Source of the DNA: Eledone cirrhosa | Taxonomy: Eukaryota | Assembly (NCBI GenBank): GCA_964016885.1 | Contig: OZ024745.1 | Location: forward strand, 35,216,001 to 35,280,000 | DNA: 64,000 nt | Direction of reading: 5' to 3' | Shown: positions 27,101 to 41,192 of the stretch, piece after piece | How positions within the stretch are numbered: position 1 is the first letter of the stretch | How the letters are laid out: the number at the start of each line of letters is the position of its first letter | Position numbers and translations under genes: made by a program | The notes under the pieces: generated by a model | The model's database searches: none | The model's input: the letters and a program-made list of their open reading frames with translations, nothing else | Told to the model about the DNA's origin: nothing

Positions 27101-27730
27101 CAAATTTCGTTTCTACACCTTTAGATCGTATAGCCTTCAGATAATTGTCAGCTATCTCGTTCACCGCTTCCAATTCCAATTTAGTGGTTTTTTTTTACTG
27201 ATTCTGGGGTGGTATGGTCTGTCACTCACATTAATGCTGTGTATCTCTTGAAACATATCATCCCATATCACTTGTAAGGTGTCCAAAAGTTTTTGGTGTT
27301 CTGTTTGTACAGTAGAGTTATGAATTTCAGCCTCGTTGTTGATGTCGCTGTTCTTCAGTGGAAGTGGGATGGATTTCAGAAAAATTGTTGGTGAGCTGTT
27401 TACTGTTAGATTTAGCTGGCCATTCTCTTTGTCTGTCAGTGGAAGTGGGGTGGTTGTCTACAAGGGCTGTATTTGTAGTATCACTCAATTCCGTTAGATG
27501 TATCAATTTACATCTAATGATACGTTTGCCTGTTCATTTAAATGTTTTGGAGAAAAGTCTAATTCTGGGTGTTTGGAGTTCCATAAAGTTTTTAGCCTTT
27601 GCATAAAACCGAACTTTTGGGGTTCAGATTGTTTGTATGCTTCATAATTCTTTGTTAAGCTCGTAGCTCCACTGTATACAACGGTTGTAGTTGCGATTTG
27701 GTCGGAGGAAACTTATACGTTTTGCCATGA
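24190..27730 (-). mobile_element. Near full-length, disrupted R4/Dong-clade non-LTR retrotransposon
   Basis: ORF pieces with KSPGSDLI, DYQKAFDSVPH, GIFQGDSLS, FVDDLK, CRLCKTKIEDVSH, RHD, NRPDIVVWD...EISCP; (TACA)n at the 3' flank. Confidence 0.9.
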
Positions 27731-27934
27731 TGAGTTCGTCTATTCACTAATATATTGTATTTAATTTTCAAAATAGTCGATGATCTTCTTTAAAAGTTTC
27801 GACAAATTTCAGTCAGAATCAAATTTAAAGTTATTCACAACTTGGGTTATATTCTTTTCAGTTAGCTTTTAATTCTACAACTGTGTTTTAAACGTTGTTT
27901 TTGAATCGTTTGAATCGAGAACAAAAAAAAAACC

Positions 27935-28290
27935 CGTTACTTAGTATATTTCTTTATGAATGTAATATAATATAACAACGCTGTATTTATATGTTAAAGT
28001 TTATGTATGATTCATATAAATAGGTGTTCTACAACATATTCACAACATATTCATAGTTCAAACACTTATGTTTTTGTTTCTGAATTGAAAACGTTACTTG
28101 CATATTTCTTTACAAATGTAATATAACAACGTTGCATTTATATGTTAATGTGTATGTATCGTTCATATATCATAAGTGTATGTACCGTTCATATATCATA
28201 AGTGTATGTATCGTTTATATATCATAAGTGTATGTATCGTTCATATAAATAGGTGTTTTACAACACATTTACAGTTCAAACACGTATGTA
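27935..28290. repeat. ~160-bp tandem duplication containing a 26-bp minisatellite (about 4 copies, 28150-28245)
   Basis: Unit GTGTATGTATCGTTCATATATCATAA repeated; cgttactt...gttcaaacac occurs twice. Confidence 0.8.
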
Positions 28291-28499
28291 GAATTATTGT
28301 ATGTAATCTTACCGCGTAATGTAGCTCAACCTTTTCCAATATATGGTATGTTGCCGTCATGTGAGCCGTAATTACACACGTCCGATTATTGGACACTGAC
28401 CACAACGGTCGCCATTATGTATGTATGTATGTATGTATGTATGTATGTATGTATGTATGTATGTATGTATGTATGTATGTATGTATGTATGTACGTATG

Positions 28500-29108
28500 T
28501 CAGGTCACCAGTTGGTGCTACTGGTAACATGTATCCCAGTACAACCTGTCCCATGGTCGGGTCGTTGGCGACTAAACTGGCAACCCCACCAAGGTTTCTT
28601 GGTGAGGAGGGTGACTTTGGACATCCTGCAGAACTAAAAACAAAACCTGTCAAAGGGAAAAGGAGCTCTAAAGAGTCAATGGCTATCCCAAATCACCGGG
28701 AGAGATGACCCCTTAGCCTTTGTCAAGGCAGAATTCTAGGAGAAGGAAAACTCTGATATAACACCTGCAACCCTGATGGTATCCAATGATGTTGACTTGT
28801 TCTTCTTTTTGGTAAATATCATCTTGGTTAAGAGAGTGGGACTGGCTTTGTGCAGTGCCTTTGCTCACTATAAAAGCTTCACGGCAGAGGCATTGCTTTA
28901 TATCTGGAGATCTCTCTGCACTTGTCGTCACATGGTACCATGGGCCCAGCACTATGTGTCAATAATTGTCACAAGTGTAGTGTTTGTACCAGAGTTTTCA
29001 AGTCGCTGGCTGGACTAAAAAGTCACACTCGTTCAGCGCATCGGTAGGGGTTCTCCTACATGGATATGAAGTAGTGGCCGTACTCGAAAACGAGTTGGCA
29101 GCCACCAT
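28500..29108. mobile_element. Young non-coding interspersed repeat, possibly derived from an RTE 5' UTR; copy at 53023-53425
   Basis: 28705-29108 is a near-identical reverse complement of 53023-53425 (both give the same 79-aa translation); both sit in (TATG)n/(CATA)n. Confidence 0.8.
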
Positions 29109-29174
29109 GTATGTATGTATGTGTATATGCCAGTGTATGTGCATGTGTGCGTATATGTATAAGTATACATATAT

Positions 29175-30300
29175 GAGGTGAAATTCCCTTCAAAGTAGCA
29201 TCTTCTGACTTCAGTGTACTTGTAGCACTCCAGTCAATTCGTGCAGACCCCATGGAAATCCCCCAAAGTTAAGGTATCTCGTACCTTTCTCACAGCCCCC
29301 TTCATCATTTCATTGTATTCAACTGTCTGTCCCTGACGTTTTCCTTCAGCATGGAGAACAACCAATATTCACTGGAAGCAAGGTGTGGACTGTAGTGAGG
29401 GTGAAGGATATTTTGGAGGCCATATCTGTCAAGTAGTTGGTTACCAGGATGGAATTGTGGACTAGTGCATGGTCCTGGTTCAGGAGCCACTGATCGGAAT
29501 GGAAAACCTCTAGACTTTAGCGGCGAAATCACTTTCTGAAATCACCCATAAGTTCAACAAAGTACTCTTTCTTGACCCTTTGGCCAGAAGGAACACAGTG
29601 GATATAGATAACTCTCTTGCTGTCGAAACATGGGATTATCATGAGTTTTCAAGTGCATTTGCTTGGTCATCGCGGGACTGGGGAAGGCAGGATGCTTCCA
29701 TTGTTAACTCTGTATCTTGGTCTTTGATCATAACAGTAGATTCAGCTTTCTTCATAGGTCACAAGAGACGCAAGTGCTTTTGGATTGGATGTAATGTGCT
29801 CAACCATCTCTCTGCTGTCACATTCGAACATATGCTTCCGTTCGTCACTGAGCACTCTGCGAACAAAAGTTTCACAGATTTTGTGCATTTTCAGATCTTC
29901 ATGAATAATTCTGTGTACAATTGCTACACCAACTCCAAATTATGCTTATTGTCTTTAAAGGCACACAACGTTCTTCATCCAGAAATTTGCGAATTTTCTC
30001 AACCAGCTCTGATGTTCTGATACCCTTAACCCTCCCACACCTCTCATCGTCTCACATACCTTTCTGCTGTCGTTATCCTCTTGTGCCAGCAAAAACAGAT
30101 TCTCAGCTGAAACAAGTTAATCCATAAGTTGTTTGGAGCATTTCATAAGTTTCTGGAGCATTTTTACCCAGTTTAAATCAGACCTTTATTGCATAGTGAG
30201 CTCCCAAACTGTCTTTCCATAAAAAAACTGCTTTCTGCAAGCTAGCCGGATGTGACAAACAGTATTTTGTATTGTGAGTTCAAAGTGTTGTTACAACTAT
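29175..30300 (-). mobile_element. Degenerate mariner element
   Basis: LHPHYSPHLASSEYWLFSMLKENVR (YSPDLAP motif) and a C-terminal DW..ATSTLKSEDATLKG resembling mariner C-termini. Confidence 0.75.
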
Positions 30301-30314
30301 CTCCTTCAATATTG

Positions 30315-30393
<79 letters not shown>

Positions 30394-30689
30394 TGTATGT
30401 ACGTGTATGTGTGTGAGTGTGCATGCGTGTGTACGTGTATGTATATACACACACATACAATTATATATACACATATATGTATATATATATATATTGATAC
30501 GCACACGATAAATAAGAGAGGCCAGGTGTTGTCCCCCTCCGACTAAAAACTTTCCCCTCGGAATATCCCCAGTTGATGGATGAGAAATCCAAAATATAGG
30601 GACAATTAAATCACTTCCAAGGTAACTCTATCTCGTGTTATTATTTTTACATTCTTTCCTACGTTCTCCTTCACCCTCTACATTTCCCC

Positions 30690-30779
<90 letters not shown>

Positions 30780-31410
30780 TTACCACATGATTCTGTTACC
30801 CGGAGATTTACCCATCTGCATTGTTGAGGCTTCCAAAACGACCAATTTCATATATGTTTATGTATATATATATATGTATATATATATGTATGTGTATATA
30901 TATATATATATATGTATGCGTATGTTGTTAAAATTATATGTAACGTTTTATTTCACAATGGCCTTTGTGCTTTTTATTCAATAGGAGAAATGAGAGAGCA
31001 ATATCTTGCTAGATGGAACATGGATAACCGTTACCAAATGGAAAAGTAATACATATCTCTTAACAAAAAATTGTGAAGTTTCCTACTTAACCATGAGACC
31101 GAGAAAAGTAAAGAATAAAAACTCCTATTAGGCGAAAAGAATATAAGTTTAATAAGAGACAAAAGCTGAGCAAAGTTTAAGTTAAAGAAGGTGACTTGTT
31201 AAGATCACATTAAGAGGCTTTAAAATGAGAATATATTCCTTATCACTTTTTAACAAAGTGTATGTATTATTAGACAATGGATACTAAGTGATACTGAATA
31301 AGATAATAGTTACATTTTGCACGAGATCGCGTTATATAGCATAGTTACAATATAGCAATTTGGCAGACCTATCTGTTTACAAACAACTGTGTCTGTCTGT
31401 GTGTCCATCC

Positions 31411-31472
<62 letters not shown>

Positions 31473-31473
31473 A

Positions 31474-31508
<35 letters not shown>

Positions 31509-31846
31509 ATGTCTATCTATCTATCTATTTCTCTTTTATTCCGTTCTTTCTTTCTATATACGAGATGCTTTTCTCTCTCTCTCTCAACAAATATATACCC
31601 ACACACACATACACCCCCCCCCCCACACATATATATATATGGAGGTGGATCGACTTCGGTCGTAAAACTTGAAAGACGGCTTGGGAGCAAGCAACACACA
31701 CCCTCCTGCGATCTAAGTGTTATCGTTGTCGCAGATGATCCCCGCATAATCTTACGTAACCAGGACATTAAAATATATATAGTGCTTTTGCAACAATAAA
31801 ACCTTAAAGAAGGAACATTACCAGTCCGGCATCTTATTGTTTTAAT

Positions 31847-31929
<83 letters not shown>

Positions 31930-32217
31930 GAAATGACTTCTATAGGACTAGAATTGGTTCATGCTAAGGAAATCATCAGGAGAGCCCTGATGAGGAGCTT
32001 TCCACACATATAAATATATATAAGAAGCATTTCCGTAGAAAGAGTTAAGGAAGGAGAGTGCTGTATATATGCTACAGAGCTATTTAATTATGTAATAAAC
32101 AACACAATACAATTATTCCATTTACCAAAGGTTTCATGAAGACAGGCAAGCTCAACAGAGACGTCTGAAATCGTTCATCAGAATGAAAATTTCATGGTAA
32201 ATGTACTGTTTATTACA

Positions 32218-32288
<71 letters not shown>

Positions 32289-33108
32289 TCTGTATATATA
32301 TGTATATATGTATATATATTCTGTATGTATATATTCGAGTAATAGCCGACCTCCTATATTTGGCAAAAAAAAATTAAAATTTTCCATAGACCTCGTATAA
32401 AAGTCGATCCCACTACTTCACGGATAATAGGTCAACATTTGTGCGTCAAGGCATCAACCTGTACCTAAAAATAACAACGTTACAAATTCGTCATGATTGT
32501 TAGTGTTGTGTTTCCTCTTCTTTTATCAATTTTGGTAACCTCAAAATTTAATGACATGTAAACATCTCAACTGCATATCCTACCCGAAACTACACTAAAA
32601 CCACCCCACCACAGCACGTGCTCCCCAAGTACATTATCGCATATAAATGATCTCATAGACCCAAACTTCAGCACCTCTCACATAGCAACTACCCAAATTT
32701 AATAATAATTAATTATTTAATTAATAACGAACTTATTAACGCATCTCCTTTCAGATTTCTGGTTCTTTTAATATAAAAGAGAAATATTTTGAAATAGTAA
32801 TAAAAACAACAAAACTCCAGAATAAATTTATAAAAGTAAAAGAGAAATGACGACATAAATAATTTCAACTTTTTCCTGACATCTCAAACACGATTACGTC
32901 CATAACAAGTACTAAAAATAAGTATTACACCACCTATCTAACCAGGATAAACACTTACATTGATATCTACATTAAAATTTATTATAACAGTCTACATAAT
33001 AATTAATAAATACATATGTATGTGATTTGGCACACAAAATCAACCCAGGGTAACGATAGAGTACAACGAAGATAAGTATTAGTTTAACGCCAGATATAGT
33101 ACTAATCA

Positions 33109-33145
33109 GTCTTAACTTTTCGGATTTTAATCCTTCATCAGAAAA
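33109..33145 (-). ncRNA. Minimal hammerhead-like motif of the CUGAUGA-AGGA...GAAA-NG-UU-AAGA family
   Basis: UUUU-CUGAUGA-AGGAUUAAAAUCC-GAAA-AG-UU-AAGA; relatives at 47355-47390 (-), 61530-61566 (+) and 62563-62599 (+). Confidence 0.6.
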
Positions 33146-33209
33146 TAGAATGAGATATACTAGAGCAAGAAGAGGAAGAAAAAGAAACGAAAAGATACAT
33201 TTTACGGGA

Positions 33210-33325
<116 letters not shown>

Positions 33326-33457
33326 ATATATTACCCACTCTACTACTCCAAATATCGAGTACTCTGGTGCGTTATGGTCTAGCTGGTTTTTATCACATCC
33401 TGATCAGCATGGCCTCAGCCGGATGGCTGGAACAGGTAAAAGAGTAAAAGAGTATAC

Positions 33458-33787
33458 ATAGAATGGAAAACGGAGAATCATTGATGCATCGGAACTCAAT
33501 TTATTGTGTGTTACAAGTGTTTCCCCGGCGAACAGCTCGAGGTGCGATCCCTGTGTGGATCAACCTGACTCTAGACTCGCAGGTTCCTCGGATACGTCTA
33601 TTGATTTCAGAGTATATCCTCATTCGGATATGTTCCGAAATCAATAGACGTGTCCGAGGAACCTGCGAGCCTAGAGTCAGGTCGATCCACACACGGATCG
33701 CACCTCGAGCTATTCGCCGGGGAAACAATTGTAACAAACAATAAATTGAGTTCCGATGCATCACTGATTTTTCGTTTTCCATTCTAT
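33458..33787. mobile_element. 330-bp near-perfect palindrome whose arms end in a hammerhead 3' half plus AATAAA
   Basis: Centre atatcc-tcattc-ggatat; right arm CGCCGGG-GAAA-CAATTG-TA-ACAAACAATAAA (33722-33745). Confidence 0.85.
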
Positions 33788-33862
33788 AATACTCTGATCC
33801 GTAAGAGCATAGAGTGCTCAACCGGCATACCGCCTATGGAAGCAGCTTAGCTACCATTAGAC

Positions 33863-33907
<45 letters not shown>

Positions 33908-33977
33908 TTTCCGAAGAGGAATTAAAAGAGATCAGGCTTAAACAAGGTATGCAATACATTAAGAGGAAAAGTAATAC

Positions 33978-34104
33978 ATTTCGGATGGAAATTACTTCTA
34001 CGGAAGTAGGAATCTTTCATTCAGTTGAAACCTTCAGGAAAGTTCTGATGGTTTCAAGCGAATGAAACAGTGCAAGTTTCGTAGAAAACATTTCAATCCG
34101 AAAT
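33978..34104. mobile_element. Diverged short fold-back with back-to-back hammerhead-like cores
   Basis: Plus strand CTGATGG-TTTCAAGCGAAT-GAAA (34045-34067); minus strand CTGAAGG-TTTCAACTGAAT-GAAA. Confidence 0.6.
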
Positions 34105-34105
34105 T

Positions 34106-34187
<82 letters not shown>

Positions 34188-34199
34188 ATATATCTATAT

Positions 34200-34802
34200 G
34201 TTCTTCTGGTTTTATAATTTCACAAAGTTTTACCAATAGAGAGAGAGTCGGTTTCCAACATAGACACAAGACTCTCTCATTGGAATTTACACAACATCAA
34301 CTAGGTAGATATGCATGCATGTGTAGATATGGATGTTATTATATGTGTGGATGTGTATGTTTTGAGTTGTATGTGTGCATGTGTATATATATGCTTTGTA
34401 TCGGTACATGTGTATATGCAGTTATTAGATGCACAATGTTTGGAATGTTTTACATATTTTTACTGTTCCATTAATGGATTGTACTTGTAATTTCCTAACT
34501 AGTTGTGTTCTTTCTGTTCTTGTGAAGCCTAGCTTCTCAAGATTTGTATTGAGGCAGTTACTAACATATCCCAGTGCCCCAATAATCACAGGCATAAATC
34601 TGAAGGTGTAATCATGGAGTATTTGCAGATTTCTCATCAGTTCTGCATAAATATTCTCCTTTTCACTAATCTTTGATATTATATTGGTATCTGCTGGGCA
34701 GCTAATTTCCACTACTGTGCATGTTTTCTTCTCCCTGTCCCATATCATAATATCTGGTCTGTTATGCCTGCATTTTATTGGGGTTTTCACTGGAACATTC
34801 CA
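34200..34802 (-). mobile_element. R4/Dong-like 3' fragment (RLE domain plus 3' UTR)
   Basis: [26 protein letters not shown]...PVIIGALG. Confidence 0.85.
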
Positions 34803-34858
34803 CATGTATGTATGTATGTATGTATGTATGTATGTATGTATGTATGTATGTATGTATG

Positions 34859-34915
<57 letters not shown>

Positions 34916-34938
34916 GTATATATATGAATGTATGTATG

Positions 34939-35003
<65 letters not shown>

Positions 35004-35034
35004 GAATGTATGTATATATATATATACATATATA

Positions 35035-35920
35035 CGAGGTGTGTCAGAAAAGTTCCAGGACTGATGTCACAAAAGATTTATTTCAAACCCAAACTTCACA
35101 CCGAGAGTTTTCTCCTTCAAAGTAAACCCCCTGGAGTATTTAACTGTAATCTTAGCTCTCTGCAGCGATCAAAAGTTTTTCTTCATAATTTTACATACAT
35201 GTCCTCTGTTTCAGGTCGTCAAGCAATGAGCACAGAGCAACGAACAAACTTGAAGTTCCTGGTATGGTTTAGGAAAACTCCGTCAGAAGTACTGGTATTG
35301 ATGCAGCAAGTGTATGGAGATGAGACGATGTCACGCTTCCGTGTTTTTGAGTGATGCAAGATGACCCCAGGAGCGGAAGGCCCTCAACAACCAGGACTGA
35401 GGTCAACGTTGAGCGCGTCAGGCAGATGGTGCGTAGCGATCGTCGCCTGACTGTTCGATTGATGGCAAATGAGCTGGGCATGAATAGGGACAGCGTCTGG
35501 AAGATTCTCACTGAAGATTTGGACATTTGGAAAGTCTGCGCGAAGATGGTGCCAAAACTGCTGAACGATGACCAGAAGGGTCGACGCATTCAAGTGTGCC
35601 AGAACATCCTCGAGCGTCTTGAAACCGAACCAGACTTGCTAGGGACAGTCATCACCGGTGATGAGTCATGGATCTTCGAGTACGAACCGGAGGGGACCCG
35701 TTTTGAAGACGTGGACGATATCAAAAAGGCCGTGACGACGGAACTGCGGAGGATCCCGGAAGAATCTTTCCAGGAGTGCATGCTAGTGTAGCAGAAAAAG
35801 ATGGAAAGGTGCATTAGACTCCAAGGGGATTACTTTGAAGGATAAAACTCTTAGTGTGAAGTTTGGGTTTGAAATAAATCTTTTATGATATCAGTCCTGG
35901 AACCTTTCTGACACACCACG
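35035..35920 (+). mobile_element. Internally deleted mariner transposon with ~66-bp TIRs, flanked by TA
   Basis: TA|CGAGGTGTGTCAGAAAAGTTCCAGGACTGAT...ATCAGTCCTGGAACCTTTCTGACACACCACG|TA. Contains DDPRSGRPS and ITGDESWIFEY, fused directly to GTRFEDVDDIK. Confidence 0.92.
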
Positions 35921-35938
35921 TATATATATATGTATATA

Positions 35939-35974
<36 letters not shown>

Positions 35975-36021
35975 TGTATGTATGTATGTATGTATGTATG
36001 TATGTATGTATGTATGTATGT

Positions 36022-36198
<177 letters not shown>

Positions 36199-36280
36199 CA
36201 TGATAGGATATATATATATATATTTATATATATATATATATATATATATACATACATGATAGGATATATATATATATATT

Positions 36281-36354
<74 letters not shown>

Positions 36355-36774
36355 TACATATATATACATATATAAGATACACTGATACGACAGACTGGGT
36401 AAGGTCCATAGGCGAACATATATAGTTCCTATCACAATCAGAAAATGTTGATATCAGTGAATAGAATCTTATAAACTTGCACAACTCAACTGGCCGTTGC
36501 GCATTATCAGTAAAAATGTTATTTATGATGCTTAATGATACGCTAGGTATATTTAATTCTAACTTTAGCGCTTTTGCAGGTTTCGTAGCTATCTAGCAAA
36601 GGGAAGGATGTTAATGTTAAAAGTGTAGCTATAAGAATATTAAAGGCAAACCTGAAACCATCATGCAACGGAACAACGAGGAAAAACCAATGCAATAAGA
36701 TTTATTGCAGAAACATAAAAGTATATGAGAACTGATACATACATACATATATGTGAGTGTGGGGTGGGTGGGTA

Positions 36775-36888
<114 letters not shown>

Positions 36889-37536
36889 AATGCCTTTGTG
36901 TGAGTGAATCTGTGTGGGTCTGTGTTTATGTGTGAGCATGTTTTTCTTCTTAACTATAAACAGTCGTATGCGAGAGTATAAAGAGTGCTATATAATCAGA
37001 TAGCATGCTCTTTTTAACAGTCTTTCATTTCAAATGTCTTTTACTTCGACTCGACATTAGCTTTGTAATTAATGGAGATATTCAGACATTTATCTTGTTT
37101 TCTATGTTATGATATTATACACACAATACTATCATGTATAACACACAATACTTTCATGGCGTCCCATCAAACAGTGTTTTTGTAATCAACCATCAATACG
37201 ATAAGTAACTAATCTCCAAACAGCCATAAACCAAAGACTCAATCGGATTTCTTTTCTTTCACTGCACATGCCAGTATTCCAACCATAAATATATTTCTCT
37301 TACAGTACTTTACAGTCAGTAGATATTAAAAGTAGTAATAAACTGATTTTGTCCACGGACTTTCGAGATGCCAATCCAGTACACACACACACACACATAC
37401 ACACACACACACACACGCACACACACACACATATATATGTGTGTGTGTGGATGGTTGGCTGGGTGAGTGTGTGTGGGTGTTTTTGTACCTATATATATGT
37501 GTGTATGTATATATATGTATATACACATATATTTAG

Positions 37537-37581
<45 letters not shown>

Positions 37582-37900
37582 CACACACACACATATATAT
37601 ATATGTGTGTATAAACATTAAGAATCGTAATTGTCCCAAGAGATACCTTTCTATGCGCCATTCATATTACTTATAGTACAAAACCCCATAAATTATTCCA
37701 AAGCAGTTAAATGACGGCACATAAGAGAGGAATCGGGTCATGTTTTAGATTTAACCCTGTGAAATCAACAAATCCCATTCACGTTGCCCCTATTTCTCCG
37801 TCTCTCTCTCTCTCTCACACACACATAGACATCTATCCCCCCCTCTCTCTATATATATACATGCATACACATATATATATATACTTATATGTATATATAT

Positions 37901-37976
<76 letters not shown>

Positions 37977-38430
37977 GATAAATCTACCAAGAGTTTACGG
38001 TAGTGTCCAATCCGTATGAAGAACTCAATGTATTCCGGATATCATGGAAAGAAGAGATGTAATGAAAATCCACTTTCAGTGAAAGATAAACGGTATACAG
38101 AGTCAAGATAAAATATTAAAGAAATAATGAATAAACAATTCCTTATATTAAACAAAAAAAGTTCATTATTTAACGATCGTTTCTAGGGTATATATGTGTT
38201 ATAATTGGTATGCATATTCAACAGATCTATGTACAAAATTATACAAAATTATACAAATTATCAAGATTAAATATACATACCTAACACATATATACGCCGT
38301 CTTCAGAAATAATGAAGTATATATATATATATATTATATAACGAAGGAGGTGTGGTAAGGAACCAGATGGACCACAACCAGAAATAGCCGTCGAAACGGC
38401 TTGAGTATTACCGTCGGGATTAAACATTTT

Positions 38431-38539
<109 letters not shown>

Positions 38540-39713
38540 TAAAATAACAGATTAAAGTTTAAGCAAAGAATCGCTGCTTTCACCCTTAACGTGACCTTCT
38601 GAAACTAAAAAAATCAATATGTGAACGCAGAAGTAAATATTTCAAAAAACTTTGCAACCGTATTGATGAATCACAGGGGAGTTGGATAGTAACAAGATAA
38701 TACTTTTTTTGTTTTTTTGTATGTTTACATTATTAATGTCAGGTCTTGTCCTGAAGTATATATGTTTCCATTTCATATTTATATATTACAACCATTTTAG
38801 AATCATAGATATTCGATACGAAACATTTCTAACTTACAGACCGATGGGAGACAAGATGGTTTGTGGTTCGTGTTTATTATTGGAGCTATACATAACCCTG
38901 GTAATAAAAATTTAAATTCCAGTTCCATAGATTCGTAAGGTGAAAATAAGTGTTAAGTTAAGGTGATAACAGATTTACTGCCGGTTTTTCCGTCGAGGAT
39001 TTATTTGTTCCTTCAGTTGAAACTTGGACTCCTGAATCAATGTGTAAGTATTTAGTTACACAATAGCAAACATAATTCCTAAGCCGAATCAGCAGGACAC
39101 AGCGTGTGAATTACTGATACAATCCAACCGACGGGCCTACATACATTTTCCGTCAATCCACTTTCACTCACGGGGAAATATTTTTCCAAGATACCACGCA
39201 ATATTATCGAACTTGAGACTGTTCGATCACATTGCAGACATTTGAAACATTCAGCTATGAAGAAAGCCAGTTTAATTAGACAGTATTTAATGATGAGAAC
39301 GTATTAGTCCAATTTGATCGGATAAAATTCAAAAAGATTCTCTACAGATATTTGGGTAATATTGTTTTAAACACTTTCTAGCTCATCCATTTAAACTGAC
39401 AAGATAATAATTCTTTAGAAACATATGAATCCTAAAATGCTACAACTACGCTTCAACTCTAATAATTTGAAGTCGCAAGTCTTTAAGTTTAAATCTACTA
39501 CGCCTTGATGTTCTAACGTGAATTAATATGTATGAAATGTTCGGTAATAATTATTTGAGGATTAATAGAAGTGTCGAATGATAAACGCCGGGATATTGAC
39601 GCTGGACCACTACGCCTTCTATACTACAGGATTGCACAGGGAGGTATTAATAGGATCCTTAAATATACAATAATTGTCTCGTCATTTCATTATTGCGAAA
39701 ATGAGATGTGTAT

Positions 39714-39834
<121 letters not shown>

Positions 39835-40089
39835 AACACACACGGACACATACACGCACACACACACACACACGTATACACACATACAACACACACGACA
39901 CACACATACACACACACATACGCACACATACACGCTCTCACACACTTACACATTTATATACATACATTATGCAATTATGTGTTACAATTTACATTGTATT
40001 CACAGAAATATATATATATATATATATTACATCAAGTAATAACAAAGCTGTTTCTGTCTGTCTTTCTGTTCCCCTCTCCCCCCTCTCTA

Positions 40090-40122
<33 letters not shown>

Positions 40123-41192
40123 AGCGACACAGAATAACTCTCTTATTACTCTTCATGTAAAGTACAAATTTCCCAATGTTATTTTACGGATAATGTTTGA
40201 TTAGAATAAGCAAAATATTATTTTATTCTTATGCAATTTCAATTAATAAATATGAGAAAAACTATGTTCCATTAAACACAAGTACTTCATACAAATCACT
40301 TTACAAAGACAATAGATATTTTATATCTTATCAGCAAGCAGCTGGTAATATTCACATTTCCATATTTGCCTATTAGAATTTTATATTTTCCTTCTTTTAA
40401 TATTTCCTTTTTCCTACTTGAATGATTGCGCATATTTCAATAAACAACTGTGTATTGAAATTTGATAAATTCGAAATTGTAACTGTAATAATACTCATTC
40501 TGTGTTAGAAGGGAAGAATTCTCCTTACAAATTTATTTCAATTCTTTTTAAAAAAATATTTCAATAAGGAATTTGTACTAAACTTTTCTATAACATATAA
40601 ATCTCTTATATATATATATTCTTATGCATACTTTCAACGAGTAAAGTTGTCAAAATTACATAATTGATCCTTTAAACGTTTCATTTCGAAATCTTTCACT
40701 ACAAAATAATTCGAAATACGTAGTGAGTTTTTTCTGATGATGGAAAAATTGTAGTATTTACATGTGCTGTAACATCACAAGAAAAATACTTGGAATGTTT
40801 TTCAAAGCATTACATCACATAAACCCGCCCCTTCAATGTTACTATTTGATCTCCAGTCACATATCCGACGAATAGAATTGCCAATGTTTTAGACGTACGC
40901 GAATGCAGAAGGGTTATAATATCGACCGTTTATAGAAGTGGTAGTAATATACCAGCACCACTAAACATATAACTGTTTCTACTTTTTTTCCTCTTTATTG
41001 TTTCTACTTTACCACTAAACATATAAGGAAACATTTCTCATTGTCATCTGTTTATTCTTGGACAGATTATATCGCATTGCTAATGCGAAGTATAACGAGA
41101 CATGTATGAGACATATATGTCACATTCGACTAAAGAGAGAAAATGACAAACCTTCGGCTATGCTGGTCATACCTCTGACATTATTGTATATG

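Noticed and set aside
28150-28245. 26-bp repeats resembling a CRISPR array
   Set aside because: No unique spacers, no cas genes and a eukaryotic context; it is a minisatellite
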